Assembly (NCBI GenBank): GCA_025594325.1
Contig: JANHCV010000007.1
Span: 868,001 to 932,000 of the forward strand
DNA length: 64,000 nucleotides
Source of the DNA: Blastocladiella emersonii ATCC 22665
Taxonomy: Eukaryota > Fungi > Blastocladiomycota
Direction of reading: 5' to 3'
The notes below the pieces were generated by a model. The model was not told where the DNA came from. It ran no database searches and saw only the letters and a program-made list of their open reading frames with translations. Of this stretch, positions 23,391 to 35,138 are shown in pieces. How positions within the stretch are numbered: position 1 is the first letter of the stretch; each line of letters starts with the position of its first letter. Both the position numbers and the translations under genes were made by a program.

Positions 23391-25040
23391 CTAGAGGAGC
23401 TCATAGCTGAGGAGCGCCCGTACCATTGGCTTTCCGTCGACGAGAATGGTAGCAACAGAGCTTCTGGAGAAACTGGCTTCCACTCGCCTGAATGCGTGTG
23501 GTTCATCCCAGTCCTCCGAAATCCGCCGCAGAAGCTTTGAGCTTGACCAGCTCGGGGCGCAATAAAGAGTGCGTTGAGCCGATTCCTGGTGCGTGAAAAA
23601 TAAAATACGCGAGCGTCTGAGGTCCTTTTTGCGCGGGCCCTTGTAAGGGGGGGTTTAGCGTCATATTGCCACGATGTGTTACAGTTTCGCTAAGGTGCGA
23701 GGGTGGGGTCAGGGAGCTGAGACACATTCCGATGGTGGTCCTGATGGTACGCGCATGTAGAACGTGTACTTGTCGCGGGTCCCGACCACTCGAACCGCAC
23801 GCGCACGATAATGAAATCCGCCGAAGAATACCGGGACTGTGACAACGCAATCTGTTTCGGGAAGCGGCCACTCGAATTCAATCCCGATACGCAAGCAATG
23901 CCGCCGCTGGGCAGAAATGGCGCCTATGGCCGCGGGAAGCTGGGCTCCGTCGTCGTCGCTATCCAGGTGAGAATCATCCAGAACGTATCGCTCCTGGACG
24001 GGTTCGGCGCCAGTTGGCGGGGCAGGGTAGCCTTTTTGAAGTACTTGCTGTTGATGTGGGTCCGTTGCGAGGATTGCAGCACGAAGCTCGATAGGCGAGG
24101 ATGCTAATGCGCGAACGCCAATCCGAAAGATGGTGTTGTTGGGCGCAAGTGAGGAATCCAGCACCTTGGTCAACTCCCGCTCCGACATGTTACCAAACTC
24201 GACGGCGCGTAGAATGTCCGCTGGATCAACTTCCAGCTCAGCGAGAAACTCGAAAAGCGCGAGCTCGGAGGGGAACCAGAAGCAGGAGGAGAGAGCCACT
24301 TGACGTACAAGTTTGGAGGGGCAGCGAGAGAGCACGGCACGCGTGATTGGGTGTGGTCCTAGAAATTTGGGGTGCGACTCGGTACAATCCAGAAGATCCG
24401 CGACCGCCTTGGGGGCATCCACTGAAGAGCAATACGTCATGACGCGAACAGCGAGGGCCACGAAAATTTCCGAGGGAGGCCCTGCAGTAGCCGAGCAGTT
24501 TGCAAGCTCGACTCTGTATTATTCGCAGCAGACCAGGACGAGTTGCGGCAGGTCTAGGGCGGTGAGACCGATGTGAGCGTTGACTGATCCAAGAGCTCGT
24601 AGTGGTCGAGTTGTGCGCGTACCAAAGTAGAGAGCCGCCTCAAGGAGGGCCATGAAATTCGTTGTTGATAGTCGCGAGGTAAGAACTTTGGCGCACACAC
24701 CGTATATGGCGGCAACTGCCGTCTCCCATGCATAAATTGTCGATGTATCGTCGGGATCGGTTGCGAGGGAGAAGTCGGAGCGGATCGCGCAGCCCTCCTT
24801 GGGTACATGCCAGTCGTCGCTGAGAAGCCCGCGGAAGAAGGGGCTCTGGACGAGCGTAGCGCGGTGCAGCAAGTAAGCTTTCTCGCGAATTAGGACTCTC
24901 ACGTCCGACTGGTCTCCGTTGACGGCGAGCTCGCGCAGGTGCCGAAGGGCCGGCGGAGACTTGTTAGTGCACTCGCACTCGGCGGTCAGTGTTTCCGCTA
25001 GCGTCGGTAGGTCTTCATTCGTTGCATGAGGTTGCTCCAT
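23391..25040 (-). pseudogene. BTB/POZ protein, tandem copy D, with apparent frameshift in the last exon
   Basis: MEQPHAT...SDVRVLIREKAYLLHRATLVQSPFFRGLL. The homologous terminus ILVDGKPMVRALLSYELL is reached only if the G7 run at 23647-23653 is G6. The homologous second intron donor is GC, not GT. Confidence 0.7.
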
Positions 25041-25298
25041 GGTGAACGCGGCTCCTGCGAGGGGAACGGGAGATGTGAGAGACGAAGGGAAAGTTGACCC
25101 TCGCGTCGCGCGACTCGCGTCCGACTCCACCCGGCTTGCGTCACGGCTCTCGACCTGACGCTCGGCCTGGCCCTCCTGTTCCCGCACGCGGGCGCGAACC
25201 AGTTTCTAGCACACTTCTATCAGCGTAGAGCGAAAGAGTATTACATTTATGCAAACTAGGAGTATCACATCGTCGTCGTCACCTATCCCACGCGCGCT

Positions 25299-27218
25299 TC
25301 ACGCCGTCGCCGCGCCATCCTCCACCTCGGCGACAACCGCGTCGGCAATCTCGCAGATCTCGGCGAGCAACCGGTCGAGGTGCTCTTCGCCGACCTCGGG
25401 CGAGTTCATGGGGACGCGGAAGAAGGACGGGAGCGCGACGGGCGAGCTGAGCGGTGCGTAGTCGCACATGACGTTCCCGCGGACGAGCATACGGACGCGG
25501 ACCGCCGCCGTGACGCGGGCGACGCGCGCCTTCGCCGCCGCGTCCGTCCACACCTCGTGGCGCCACTGCGCGCGTCCGCCAGCGCGTTTCTCGTCCTTGG
25601 CGGGCACGTACCAGAAGCACGTGTTGGCGCCCTGCTCGCGGTCGGCGGCGGGGAGGGAGAGCGGGAAGACGAGCTCGAAGCGCGGGTGTGCGGTGACGCG
25701 CTCGCGGAGGAGGGCGGCCATGGCGAAGGCGCGGTCGACTCGCGACGTGTACCCGGCGGTGCCCTCCCACTTCCACGACAGGAAGAACTTGACGCCGTCG
25801 GCGCGCCGGCCACACCCGATCCCGAGGTTGCCGAGGTCGTACGGCTCAAGCGCCGCGGCCATGTCGTTGTCGGCGTCGGCCGTGCCGAACCCGTCCGTGT
25901 CCTCGGCGCCGAGGAGGTGGCCGAGCGGCGACGCTTCGGTGGTCGTTCGTGGACTCGCCGCGTCCTCTTCACTCCCCTCCTCATCGTCACCGTTGACGGG
26001 CGTCGGTGGGGCGTGGTAGAGGTACGAGGCGCGGGAGCTGTTGGCGGCGACCATGGTGGCGGGCGGGTGTGCGACGAGGAGGCACGAGCAGTGGAGCGGG
26101 ACGCCGAGCATCTTGTGCGGGTTCATGACGAACGAGTCGGACAGCTCGACGCCGTCGAGCAGGTGGCGGTGCGTCGCGCTAAACAGCGTGGACCCGCCCC
26201 ACGACCCGTCGACGTGCAGCCACGCGCCGTGGCGCCGCGCGATGGCGGCGATGGGCCGGATCGGGTCGTACGAGCACTACGAGTCGCGCGTGAGTGAGCG
26301 AAGGTCGATGGGCACGCAATGCGGGTGAGAGAGAGTGCGTACCAGCACGGTGGTCCCAGACGTGGCGTTGACAAAGAACGGGAGCATGCCCTTCTCCTTG
26401 GCCTCGGCGATCTTAGCCTCGAGGTCTTCGGGGATCATGCACCCGTTCGCGGTCGTCGCGACGCGGAACACCTGGCCGCGACCGAGCCCGATGACCATGG
26501 CGCTCTTCTCGATCGAGAAGTGCGAGTGGGCCGAGGTGAAGACGGCAAGCGGCGGCATGCCGACGAGCCCGATCACCTTAGCGTCGGGGAACTTGATATT
26601 CCGCGCCGTGACCATGGCGACGAGGTTGCTGATCGACCCGCCGGGGGACATGAACCCAGCCCCTTGCGCGACCGGGTACCCGATCATGCGGCGGAGCTCG
26701 GCGAGACACGCCATCTCCATGAGCGTGCCGACGGGCGACGCCGCGAACACGTGCGTGTTGATGTTGAGGGCGCCCGTGAGCAGCTCGGTGGCAACCCCCA
26801 CCGGCGTCACGCCCGTGTAAAGCTTGTCGAGGAACAGCGGGTGGCCCGTGCGCACGCTGTAGTCGAGCGTGGCCTGGAACAGCGACAGGAGGTGCGGCAG
26901 GTCGGCGCGGTCGTCGGCGAACCGAAGGTCCAGGCGCGCCGCGAGATCGCGCGGAGGGACGTGCTGCACGACGGGCGTCTCGGGCCGCTGGTTCGCGTCC
27001 GTGTACTGCACCAGCATCCGCGTCAGGTGCGCGAGGAACGTCTCGAGCTCGGCGGCCTGCGGCGACAGCGCGGCGCCGTTCGCGCCGTTGGCGGTCGCGG
27101 CGGCGGCGGGCGCCTTGCCGTTGGCGGCATGGGTGCCGTTGGGCGAGGCCGGGGACGACGGCAGCGTCGGCGGCGGCGTGGGAGCGGCCGGGATCAGGGG
27201 CGGCGGGGGCGGGGTCAT
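25299..27218 (-). CDS. Group II PLP-dependent decarboxylase (GAD/CSAD/GADL1-like)
   Basis: VRTGHPLFLDKLYTG, FTSAHSHFSIEK, PFFVNATSGTTVL|xSYDP, WLHVDGSWGG and the PLP-lysine motif NPHKMLGVPLHCS. One intron near 26.28-26.34 kb. Confidence 0.92.
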
Positions 27219-27804
27219 GGTTTTTGCGGGGGTTGCCTGGCGGTTTTATAGCAAGTCGGTCGGTCGGCGGGTTACAGCACAGCGGTCGGTTGCAGCTAGT
27301 CGCGATACATGGGCTGGGTCAGGGTCTATCTCATCGGGGAGGGCGGCCAAAGGGACGAGGGGGGAGGAGAAGAGGTCGGCGTCTCCCGGGCAACCCGATT
27401 CGATGGCAGGGGCGAGCGACTTGTTGTTTGATCGGGCGCTGTGGCACCTCGCGGAAGAAAATCTACCCACCTGCCCAAAATGGTGATGTATCACGCAATA
27501 ATCGAGCGAGGCGGGCGAGAGAGCGGGGACCGAATCTGCTTTGACGGGCCCACCGCGCGCGCTGGTTACGTGATCCTGGGGCCGCCATCGCGACGCCGCC
27601 GCACATGCAACGCGGCGGCCGGGATCGCCGGGTGTTCCTGTGACGACCCGACTCATTACGGCCAGGGTGTGGGGATGGGAGAGGGGAAGAAGCGACGACG
27701 GCCGCGGTCGTTTACCCGCGGGCGGCGACACGCGGCAAACGCGGCCGAGTGGCTGAACGCGCCGCCCGCGAGTGATGTCATCGACCCAAGTACGACGCGA
27801 TGTA

Positions 27805-28762
27805 TTATGACTGGGGCACGAGCGAGTTGTAGTGCTCGCCGAGGCCAAACTGGTGGCGGTGGTAACACACGCGCAGGGGCTCGGCGCCGTCCTTGAGGAA
27901 CTCGGCGCCGACGGCTAATGGCTCGGCCGCGCCCGGCTGGTAGACGTGGATGCACCGCTCGAGCGCCATGGCCAGCGCCTTGATCTCAATGTGCCCGCCC
28001 CAGTACGGCGTGTGCACGATCAGGTCCACATACTTTTGCAGCTCCTCTACGCGGGCCGATCGCACGGGGTCAGTCCGCTGGCGCACCTTGCTTCACCTCG
28101 CACGAGCGCGAACGCGTACCCTCGGTCATCAGATCGCCCGTCTCCTCGTTGACCAGGAACGGGAGAAACTCGTCGGCGTTGCGCAGGATGCACTGGCCCG
28201 CGAGCGCGCGGAGGGACTGGTACCCGTGGCCACCCGCGTCGCCCGACCGCTCGAGCTGGTGCGCGACCGAGTTGAACAGGCAGTGGCCGTCGGCCGGGAT
28301 CTTGTGCAGCTTCAGCTTGCGCGCCGCCAGCAGCGCCGCGAGCCGCTCGGCCTCGATGGCGCCGTGGTCGACCATGGTTGACGCCTCGGTGCGCGCCGCC
28401 TCCTGCATCGCCTCTACCTCGGCATGCTTGCGCTGTTTGCGCAGCTGCTGCCGGTTCGGCTTCTTGCAGTTCTTGGGCTGGTCGGTGGAGGGAGGCGGCG
28501 ATGGGCTCGCGTCCTGCTGCTCGGCCGCCACCGCATCGGCGCCGTTCTCCTCGGCCGGCGACACGGACACGGCCGCGAGCGAGGCCTCGAGGTCGGCCAT
28601 CTCGCGGGCGTGGCGCGCCTTGAGGTCGGCCTCGAGCTGCTCCATCTGCGCCTGCAGCTCCTTCTTCTGTTTCTTGTTGGCCTGCGCCTGCTTGCGCAGC
28701 GCTGTCAGCTGGCCCTGCAGCGCCTTGGTCTCCTTGCGGTGCGTTGCGACGAGTTCTTCCAT
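27805..28762 (-). CDS. OTU2: OTU-domain deubiquitinase, OTU2/OTUD6B-like
   Basis: N-terminal coiled coil MEELVATHRKETKALQ; catalytic IPADGHCLFNSVAHQL, WGGHIEIKALA and YHRHQFGLGEHYNSL. One intron near 28.05-28.12 kb. Confidence 0.92.
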
Positions 28763-29286
28763 TGCTCTATGCGTGGTTTTGGGTGGCGGGGGAGGAGAGA
28801 GCGAGGGGAGCGTGGACGATGGGCGAAGCGAGAACGAGCGAGCGGCGGTGCGTCACATGCGGCGCAACAGCAGGGACGCGGACGTCGCGTGACCGGAAAC
28901 CAACGCGTCTCCCTGTGTCTCCCGCGTTTTTCCGGCCGGCGCGACGCGTGCTTCTCTCCATGCCTTCCATAGAAGCATCACGGAATAGCTTGCCACGTCG
29001 ATGCGCTGTCCGTTGACGTGGCAGCCACCGCCGCCGCGGCCAGCGTGGCAGACGGAGAACAACAGAGTTTTCGGCTGGAGGGGCGCCGGCCGGCTCGGCG
29101 GAACGCGGATCGGCGCGCAGGACCGTCCACCGCCCCCACAACGCGTCGCAGGAGGAGGCTGGCGGGCCCGGCGCCCAGGCGCTCGACCTGAAGATCGGGA
29201 CGGGAGTATAAAGCTCCTGGTCGGCCCGTCCGCTCGACGATGGCCATCACCAAGCCTTCGCTTCATTGCACACCAACCGATCAACC

Positions 29287-30420
29287 ATGACCACCACCAC
29301 CGACATCTTCAAGGACGACTCGCAGTCGACGCTCCCGCCGCAGTACGCGACGCTCGACCCGGCCGCCGCTAAGGCCAAGGCCGCGAGCGACGCCAAGTCG
29401 GCCGCGGCGCTTGAGGCCGGCCTGTCGTCGCTGGACCTGGTCTCGCCGGCGAACCTGACGCGCAGCGACACGGGCGTGTTCGACCTGTCGACGCTGCCCG
29501 CGGGCGCGACCGTGTCCATCAAGTCCGAGGCCGCGGGCCGCGTGACGATCGTATCCACCGACACTGCGTCGACCGAGCTCAAGTACACGATCGAGCACTA
29601 CTCGACGGCCGTGTGCACCGAGTTCCCGGCGCCGCTCGTCGAGCACGCCGAGTCGCCGGCCAAGTGCGGCGGCGGCAAGCCCGCCGGATGGTCGCTCAAC
29701 GCGACGCCCGCGGCGTCGCTGTCGACGTCGCCGACGGTCCTCCTGTGGCTGTCGAAGCTGTTCACGCCGCACTCCAAGTACCGCGTGCACGTCACGGTGA
29801 CGGTACCGTCGCGCGCCGCAGCCTTGCTCAAGCTCGACGTGAGCACAACGCACTCGGCAGTCCATTTCGCGGGCGACGCCGGTGCCGAGCACGCGTGGCA
29901 CGCGGTGCACGTCGGGACGACCAACGGCGAGATCACGGCCACCGCGGCCCCGCTGACCGTCGCGGCGGGCGGGTTCCGCGCGTGCCTGACGAACGGCGAC
30001 ATCCGCGTCGCGCGCGTCACGGCGACGGGCGGCGGCGAGGTCGCGGGCAAGGCCGTCAACGGGACCGTCGAGTTCAAGGCCGTGCACGTTTCGGGGACCA
30101 AGCCCGTGACGGTGGACCTCAAGACCATCAACGGCGATCTGCGCGGCACCGTGACGGGCGGCGAGCTGCCGGCCGGATCCAAGGTGCTCGCGGCCACGGT
30201 CAACGGGAACGTCGAGATCACGGTGCCGCGGCCCGTCGCGGGCGCTATCGCGTACAAGGTGGCCGCCGTGTGCGGGACCATGCGCGTCGGCGGCGACGAG
30301 ATCAAGGGCCGCAAGTCTACGGGCCGCGTCGAGGGCGTCAAGAAGCTGGAGGAGGGCCACGAGGTTGAGGTCGGCGCGGCCGCCGTCAATGGCGACGTCA
30401 CGGTCGAGCTGACCGAGTAG
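29287..30420 (+). CDS. DUF4097/putative adhesin-like beta-repeat protein, paralog 1
   Basis: Single exon with repeated TxNGxIxV beta-strand units (TTNGEI, LTNGDI, AVNGTV, TINGDL, TVNGNV, AVNGDV). N-terminal LPPQY. Confidence 0.75.
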   Translation: MTTTTDIFKDDSQSTLPPQYATLDPAAAKAKAASDAKSAAALEAGLSSLDLVSPANLTRSDTGVFDLSTLPAGATVSIKSEAAGRVTIVSTDTASTELKYTIEHYSTAVCTEFPAPLVEHAESPAKCGGGKPAGWSLNATPAASLSTSPTVLLWLSKLFTPHSKYRVHVTVTVPSRAAALLKLDVSTTHSAVHFAGDAGAEHAWHAVHVGTTNGEITATAAPLTVAAGGFRACLTNGDIRVARVTATGGGEVAGKAVNGTVEFKAVHVSGTKPVTVDLKTINGDLRGTVTGGELPAGSKVLAATVNGNVEITVPRPVAGAIAYKVAAVCGTMRVGGDEIKGRKSTGRVEGVKKLEEGHEVEVGAAAVNGDVTVELTE

Positions 30421-31123
30421 CGGCGTTGGTATTTGTTGCTTCATATCCTGAGTATACCGGATTGCAGTTTTGTTGTGGTAACGAGCTTCTTGAGCGGTAC
30501 TCTTCAATCTCGACTCCGCAGCGCGCGAGGAAGCACCGTCCACGGCCATGCCTGGCTCGCCTCCCGGCCGGGGAGGCTGGGCACGGTAGCGAGGGTATGT
30601 TGCAGACATCCGTACGACGCAACCGAGCTGGCTGCTGCTTGAGAGAGAGCGAATCAACTGTAAATACGAACAGATCCCTCGGCGCGTGCATGGACGCGTC
30701 GTATGGCAGCCAGGGAGCGCGTCTCACGTCGCGGCTCTTGGCCCGGCTCAGCGTTTTTCCGGCCGACTCGCTCCTCTCTCCTCTCCTCCCTCGTCGCGAA
30801 GAGGCTTCCATGCATCAAACATGCAACCATCCGCAACGAATCCTTCGCGTCGACGCGGTCACGACGCGAACGCGACGCGTCCGCCAGCATGGCAGCGCGG
30901 AGTTGCGCGTGAAGTGGGGCATCCACCCGACGACGACGGCCTCGCCGGTGCGCGGATCGGCGCGCTTGCCCACCCGTCCAGCGCGTCGATGCGAGTGAGG
31001 GAGAACCGACGAGCCGCTCGCCCAGGTCGTCGAGCAGACTCACAGCGACCATGAGGGGAGGGGTTATAAAGTCGTCGCCGGCCCCGCTCGGGTCTCGCTC
31101 CTCGACCACCACACTGAACCGCC

Positions 31124-32215
31124 ATGACCACGACCGACGACTTCCCCACTGGCGACTCGCACTCGACGCTGCCGCCGGCGTACTCGACGCTCGACCCGGC
31201 CGCCGCCAAGGCCAAGGCGACGGGCGACGTCAAGTCGGCCACGACGCTCGAAGCTTCTTCGTGTTCGGACCTCGCCACCACGCACAACCTCGTGCGGACC
31301 GACACCGGCGCCTTCGACCTCTCGACGCTTCCGGCGGGCGCGACCGTGTCGATCAAGTCCGAGGCCGCGGGCCGCATCACCCTCGTCACGTCGCCTGCCG
31401 CGTCGACCGAACTAACGTACACGGTCGAGCACTTCTTGGCACCCAGGTCCACCGCCGAGATCCCCTTGCCGCGCGTCGACTTGTCCGGCAGCCCCGCGGC
31501 GTGGACGCTGACCGCGACGCCCGCGGCCCCACTTCCACCGGCGTTCCAGTGGATGTCACATATCTTTATCCCGCACTCGCCCAAGTACCGCGCGCACGTC
31601 ACCCTGACGGTTCCCGCGCGCGCAACGGCGGCGCTGGTCCTCGACGTGGCCGCGACCAACGCTTCGGTCCACCTCACGGGCAACACCACGCACGCGTGGC
31701 ACGCGGTGCGTCTCGCAACGACTAAAGGCGCGATCACGGTCACCGCGCCCGTGTGCGTCGCCAACGGCGGGTTCCGCGCGTGCCTGACAAACGGCGACAT
31801 CCGCGTCGCGAGCGTCACCGCGGCGGCGGGCGGCGAGGTCGCGGGCAAGGCCGTGAACGGGACCGTCCACTTCGACGCGGTCCATCTCACGGGCGCTGCG
31901 GTGCTGGATTCCAACACGGTCAACGGCGACGTACACACGGCCGTGGTCGGCGCCGCGGGCGAGATGCCGGCCGGGTCCGCGGTGCACGCGGCCACGGTGA
32001 ACGGGAATATCACGCTCGCCGTCCCGCGGCCGGTCGTGGGCGCTGTCAAGTACAGCGTCGCGGCCGTGTCGGGCGTGCTGCGCGTTGGCGGCGAGAAGGT
32101 CAAGGGGCGCAAGGGGACGGGCCGCGTCGAGGGCGGCAAGGGGGCGGGCGAGTATGAGGTCGAGGTCGGCGCGGCGGCGGTCAACGGCAACGTCACGATC
32201 GAGTTGACCGAGTAG
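31124..32215 (+). CDS. DUF4097/putative adhesin-like beta-repeat protein, paralog 2
   Basis: Colinear with 29287-30420, with the same repeats and the near-identical end VGAAAVNGNVTIELTE. N-terminal LPPAY. Confidence 0.75.
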   Translation: MTTTDDFPTGDSHSTLPPAYSTLDPAAAKAKATGDVKSATTLEASSCSDLATTHNLVRTDTGAFDLSTLPAGATVSIKSEAAGRITLVTSPAASTELTYTVEHFLAPRSTAEIPLPRVDLSGSPAAWTLTATPAAPLPPAFQWMSHIFIPHSPKYRAHVTLTVPARATAALVLDVAATNASVHLTGNTTHAWHAVRLATTKGAITVTAPVCVANGGFRACLTNGDIRVASVTAAAGGEVAGKAVNGTVHFDAVHLTGAAVLDSNTVNGDVHTAVVGAAGEMPAGSAVHAATVNGNITLAVPRPVVGAVKYSVAAVSGVLRVGGEKVKGRKGTGRVEGGKGAGEYEVEVGAAAVNGNVTIELTE

Positions 32216-32418
32216 CGCAACATGAGGTGTCTCTATCAATCTGTATCATAAACCCGCCAGTCATTCCTTCCATTCACGCCTCGAAGCCAGCTCGCGGACG
32301 CGACCATGACCACGGCCACGGCCACTTTCCCCTCCTCCGCGTCACTCGGATGCGCGACACTATAGTCTACTAGTATTTCAGAACCTATGATAATTGAAAT
32401 CCCCTCTAACCCACCACC

Positions 32419-35138
32419 TCACATCGACTCCACATGCGCTGCTGCTGATGTTGGCTCACCCACGCCGGCCGCCCACCGCGCGCCAGGCACCAGTGGCGGC
32501 GGCGGGCTGACGGGCGCGTCGGTGGCGACGTCAAACACGCCCGAGTCGTGCTTGGCGTGGCCGCGGCGGGGCACCTCAAGCAGGCGCTTCTGGCCCTGCG
32601 GTTGTGGCGGCTGGGTCGCCGAAACGGCGGGGGGAAGGACAAGGTTGGGCACCGCGGCGGCGCGGTTGGCTGCACGCGCACGCGCCGCCGCGGCCGCGGC
32701 CCATACGCTCGACGGGGTAGCGGGGAGCGCGACGGGGAGCAGGGGCGACGGGAAGTCGCCGAACGCCGAGTCGCGGTCGTCCGAGAGCGCGGGGGACGTG
32801 GACGCGGACGCGGCGGCGGTCGAGGGGGATGCGGCGCGGGCCGAGTCTACGGCGTGGGTCGCGGGCGAGAGCTCGGTGGATACGACGGCCTCGAGCTCAA
32901 CGGACACCTCCTGGTCGTCCTCGCCCGACCCCTTCTCGGCAACAACGTAGGTAAACTCCTTGGCGCCGCGGCGGAGGACGAGGATGCGGAATGCGTTGGC
33001 GCAGTGGGACGTCGCGGGGGCCGCGACGAACCCGAGGAGGCACAGGGGCAGGAGCGCGTAGTCGAGGAGGTTGCGCCACTTGCGGGTGGCCATGGCGGCG
33101 GCGAGGTCGCCCGAGGGACCCGTCAGCATGCCGTTGCGCGCGAGCATGCGGTGCGTGTACTCGTAGAGGAGGGCGAGCGAGACGTAGGGCAGGAGCATGA
33201 GCATGGACAGGGTGGCGATCCCCGACGCGAACGCGGGCGAGGCCGCGAGGGACGGGTTGAGCAGAGCGGTCGCGGGGAGCGCGAGCATCGACAGCCACGA
33301 CGTCGCGGGCACCATGTGCGCCTCGAACACGTGCATGAGGCACAGGAGGCGGTCCGTGAACTTGGGCGTGGACGCCGGGAGCCCGGCCGACGACGGCAGG
33401 TCCATGGCCTCGGGCCAGAACGTGTGGCGGAGCGCGTACAGGGAGTCGGCCGAGCCCGCGAAATGCCGGCGGGCCTGCGTGTACCGGGCGGCGATGGTGC
33501 CCCAGTACCCGTTGGCCTGGACGTTGGCGAGGTTGACGGGGGCGAAGATGGGCGTGGACCGTGCGAGCCCGCGCGTCTTGTAGAAGCACTTGAGGAACAT
33601 GTGCATGTCCTCGCCGATGGCGTCGGCCGTGGTATCCCACCCGCCGACGTGGCGCGCGAGCGGCAGCGTGACCGAGTAGGACGAGCACGGGAAGTGGAGC
33701 CCACGCGCGGACCCGAGGTTCTGCATGAACGCGAGCGACCACGCCGCGTCGGCCGCGCGCACCGCCGCGGGCACCGCCTGCGTGTTGCGGGCAAAGAAGA
33801 TGGGCGGGCAGAACAGGCGGAACTGCGCGTCGACGAGCGGGCGGGCGCCGTGCGCGGGCGTCTGGACCATCTCGCGCTCCACCTCGCTGAAGTAGAGTTC
33901 CGAGATGCCCGCGTCCGCGTCGGCGACCGTCAGGATCACGCGCGCGGGGTCGAGCTGGCGGTGGCGCACGTGGCGGTCGACCTGGGCGGCCGCCCACGCG
34001 ACGTTGGCGCCCTTGCCGCGGCACTCGCCGGGCAGGCCCGCCGGGTGCACGGTCACGAGGACCGAGTGGAACCGGTGCGAGAACTCCTGGCTGAGCGTGG
34101 CGGCCTTGGCCTCGGCGTCGGGACCCTCGGCGGCCTCCATGGCCAGGACCACGAGGTAGTGGTCGCGCGCGGCCGAGTGCAGCGCGAGCTGGCGCAGCGT
34201 GCTGCGCAGCAGGCCGATGGGCTCCTGGTAGTTGGGCAGGATGATGGCGTGCACGTGGTGGAACGGCACGGCGGGTTTCGGGTTCGCGGCTACGCGAGAG
34301 GGTGGTGGGTGGGTGGCAAGGTTAGTGTTTGCGTTTCAAAGCGTGTGCGCGCGCGGCGGTGAGGGAGTGGATCGACCGAATTCGGCCGCCCGACACCGCA
34401 AAATCCGCCCACCACGAAGAAGAACAACGTACCCCACGCCGAGACGGTGCGCTGGAGCTTGGGCAGCACGAGGAGGAACCGGACGAGGTGCGAGTAGTTG
34501 ACGAACATGGTGATGAAGAAGAAGGCGAACAGGATCGCCGTGTACGCGGTGGGCACGACGAGCGGGCCGACGGCGAGCAGGCACAGCGACGCGAGCGACG
34601 ACAGCGGCACAAACATCTTCTTGAGCTCCTCGACGTCGGCGGGCGAGGGCGCCGCGACCAGCGACCGCACGCGCGCGTGCACGGCGCCCGGGTAGTGGCC
34701 GAGCCCGCGCGCCAGCTTGCGGAACCGCAGCCGGATCAGCCCGTTGGCGCGCATGTACAGCGAGCGCGCTGCCGCAGCGGGTTTGCTGGCTGGGCCGCGG
34801 CTCGGATTGCTCGAGGCGGCAGTGGAGGCGCGCAGCGGCCGCACGCTCGACGACGGCGGCGACGACGTGGACAGCGGTGGCGACGGGTACACGGTCTCGA
34901 CGCGGTGGTGGTGGTGGTGGCGGTGGTGGCCGTCGAGCTCGACGTCGTCGAGGCCAAAGTCAATGGCGACGGACGAGTCGTGGCGGCGGTCTGCGGGGGC
35001 CTTGGGCGGCGGCGGTGGCGGAGCGGAGCCGAGGCCCGCGGTGGTGAGCGGGAGGGCGGCCATGGCGGGGACGGAGGAGGTCGGCGACGACGTGAGCGGG
35101 GACATGTGCTTTGTGGAGTAGGAGGGTGGAGCGAGCAA
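32419..35138 (-). CDS. Membrane-bound glycosyltransferase family 2 protein
   Basis: Exon 1 has hydrophobic segments; an intron near 34.29-34.43 kb joins it to HAIILPNYQE, GECRGKGANVAWA, VADADA (DxD), IGEDMHMFLKC and QARRH (QxxRW-like), followed by TM helices. Confidence 0.85.

Noticed and set aside
17591-35138. BTB array, OTU2 and PPxY proteins as one ubiquitin-themed gene cluster
   Set aside because: OTU2 is a conserved housekeeping gene, no regulatory motif is shared across these genes, and proximity is expected in a compact genome.
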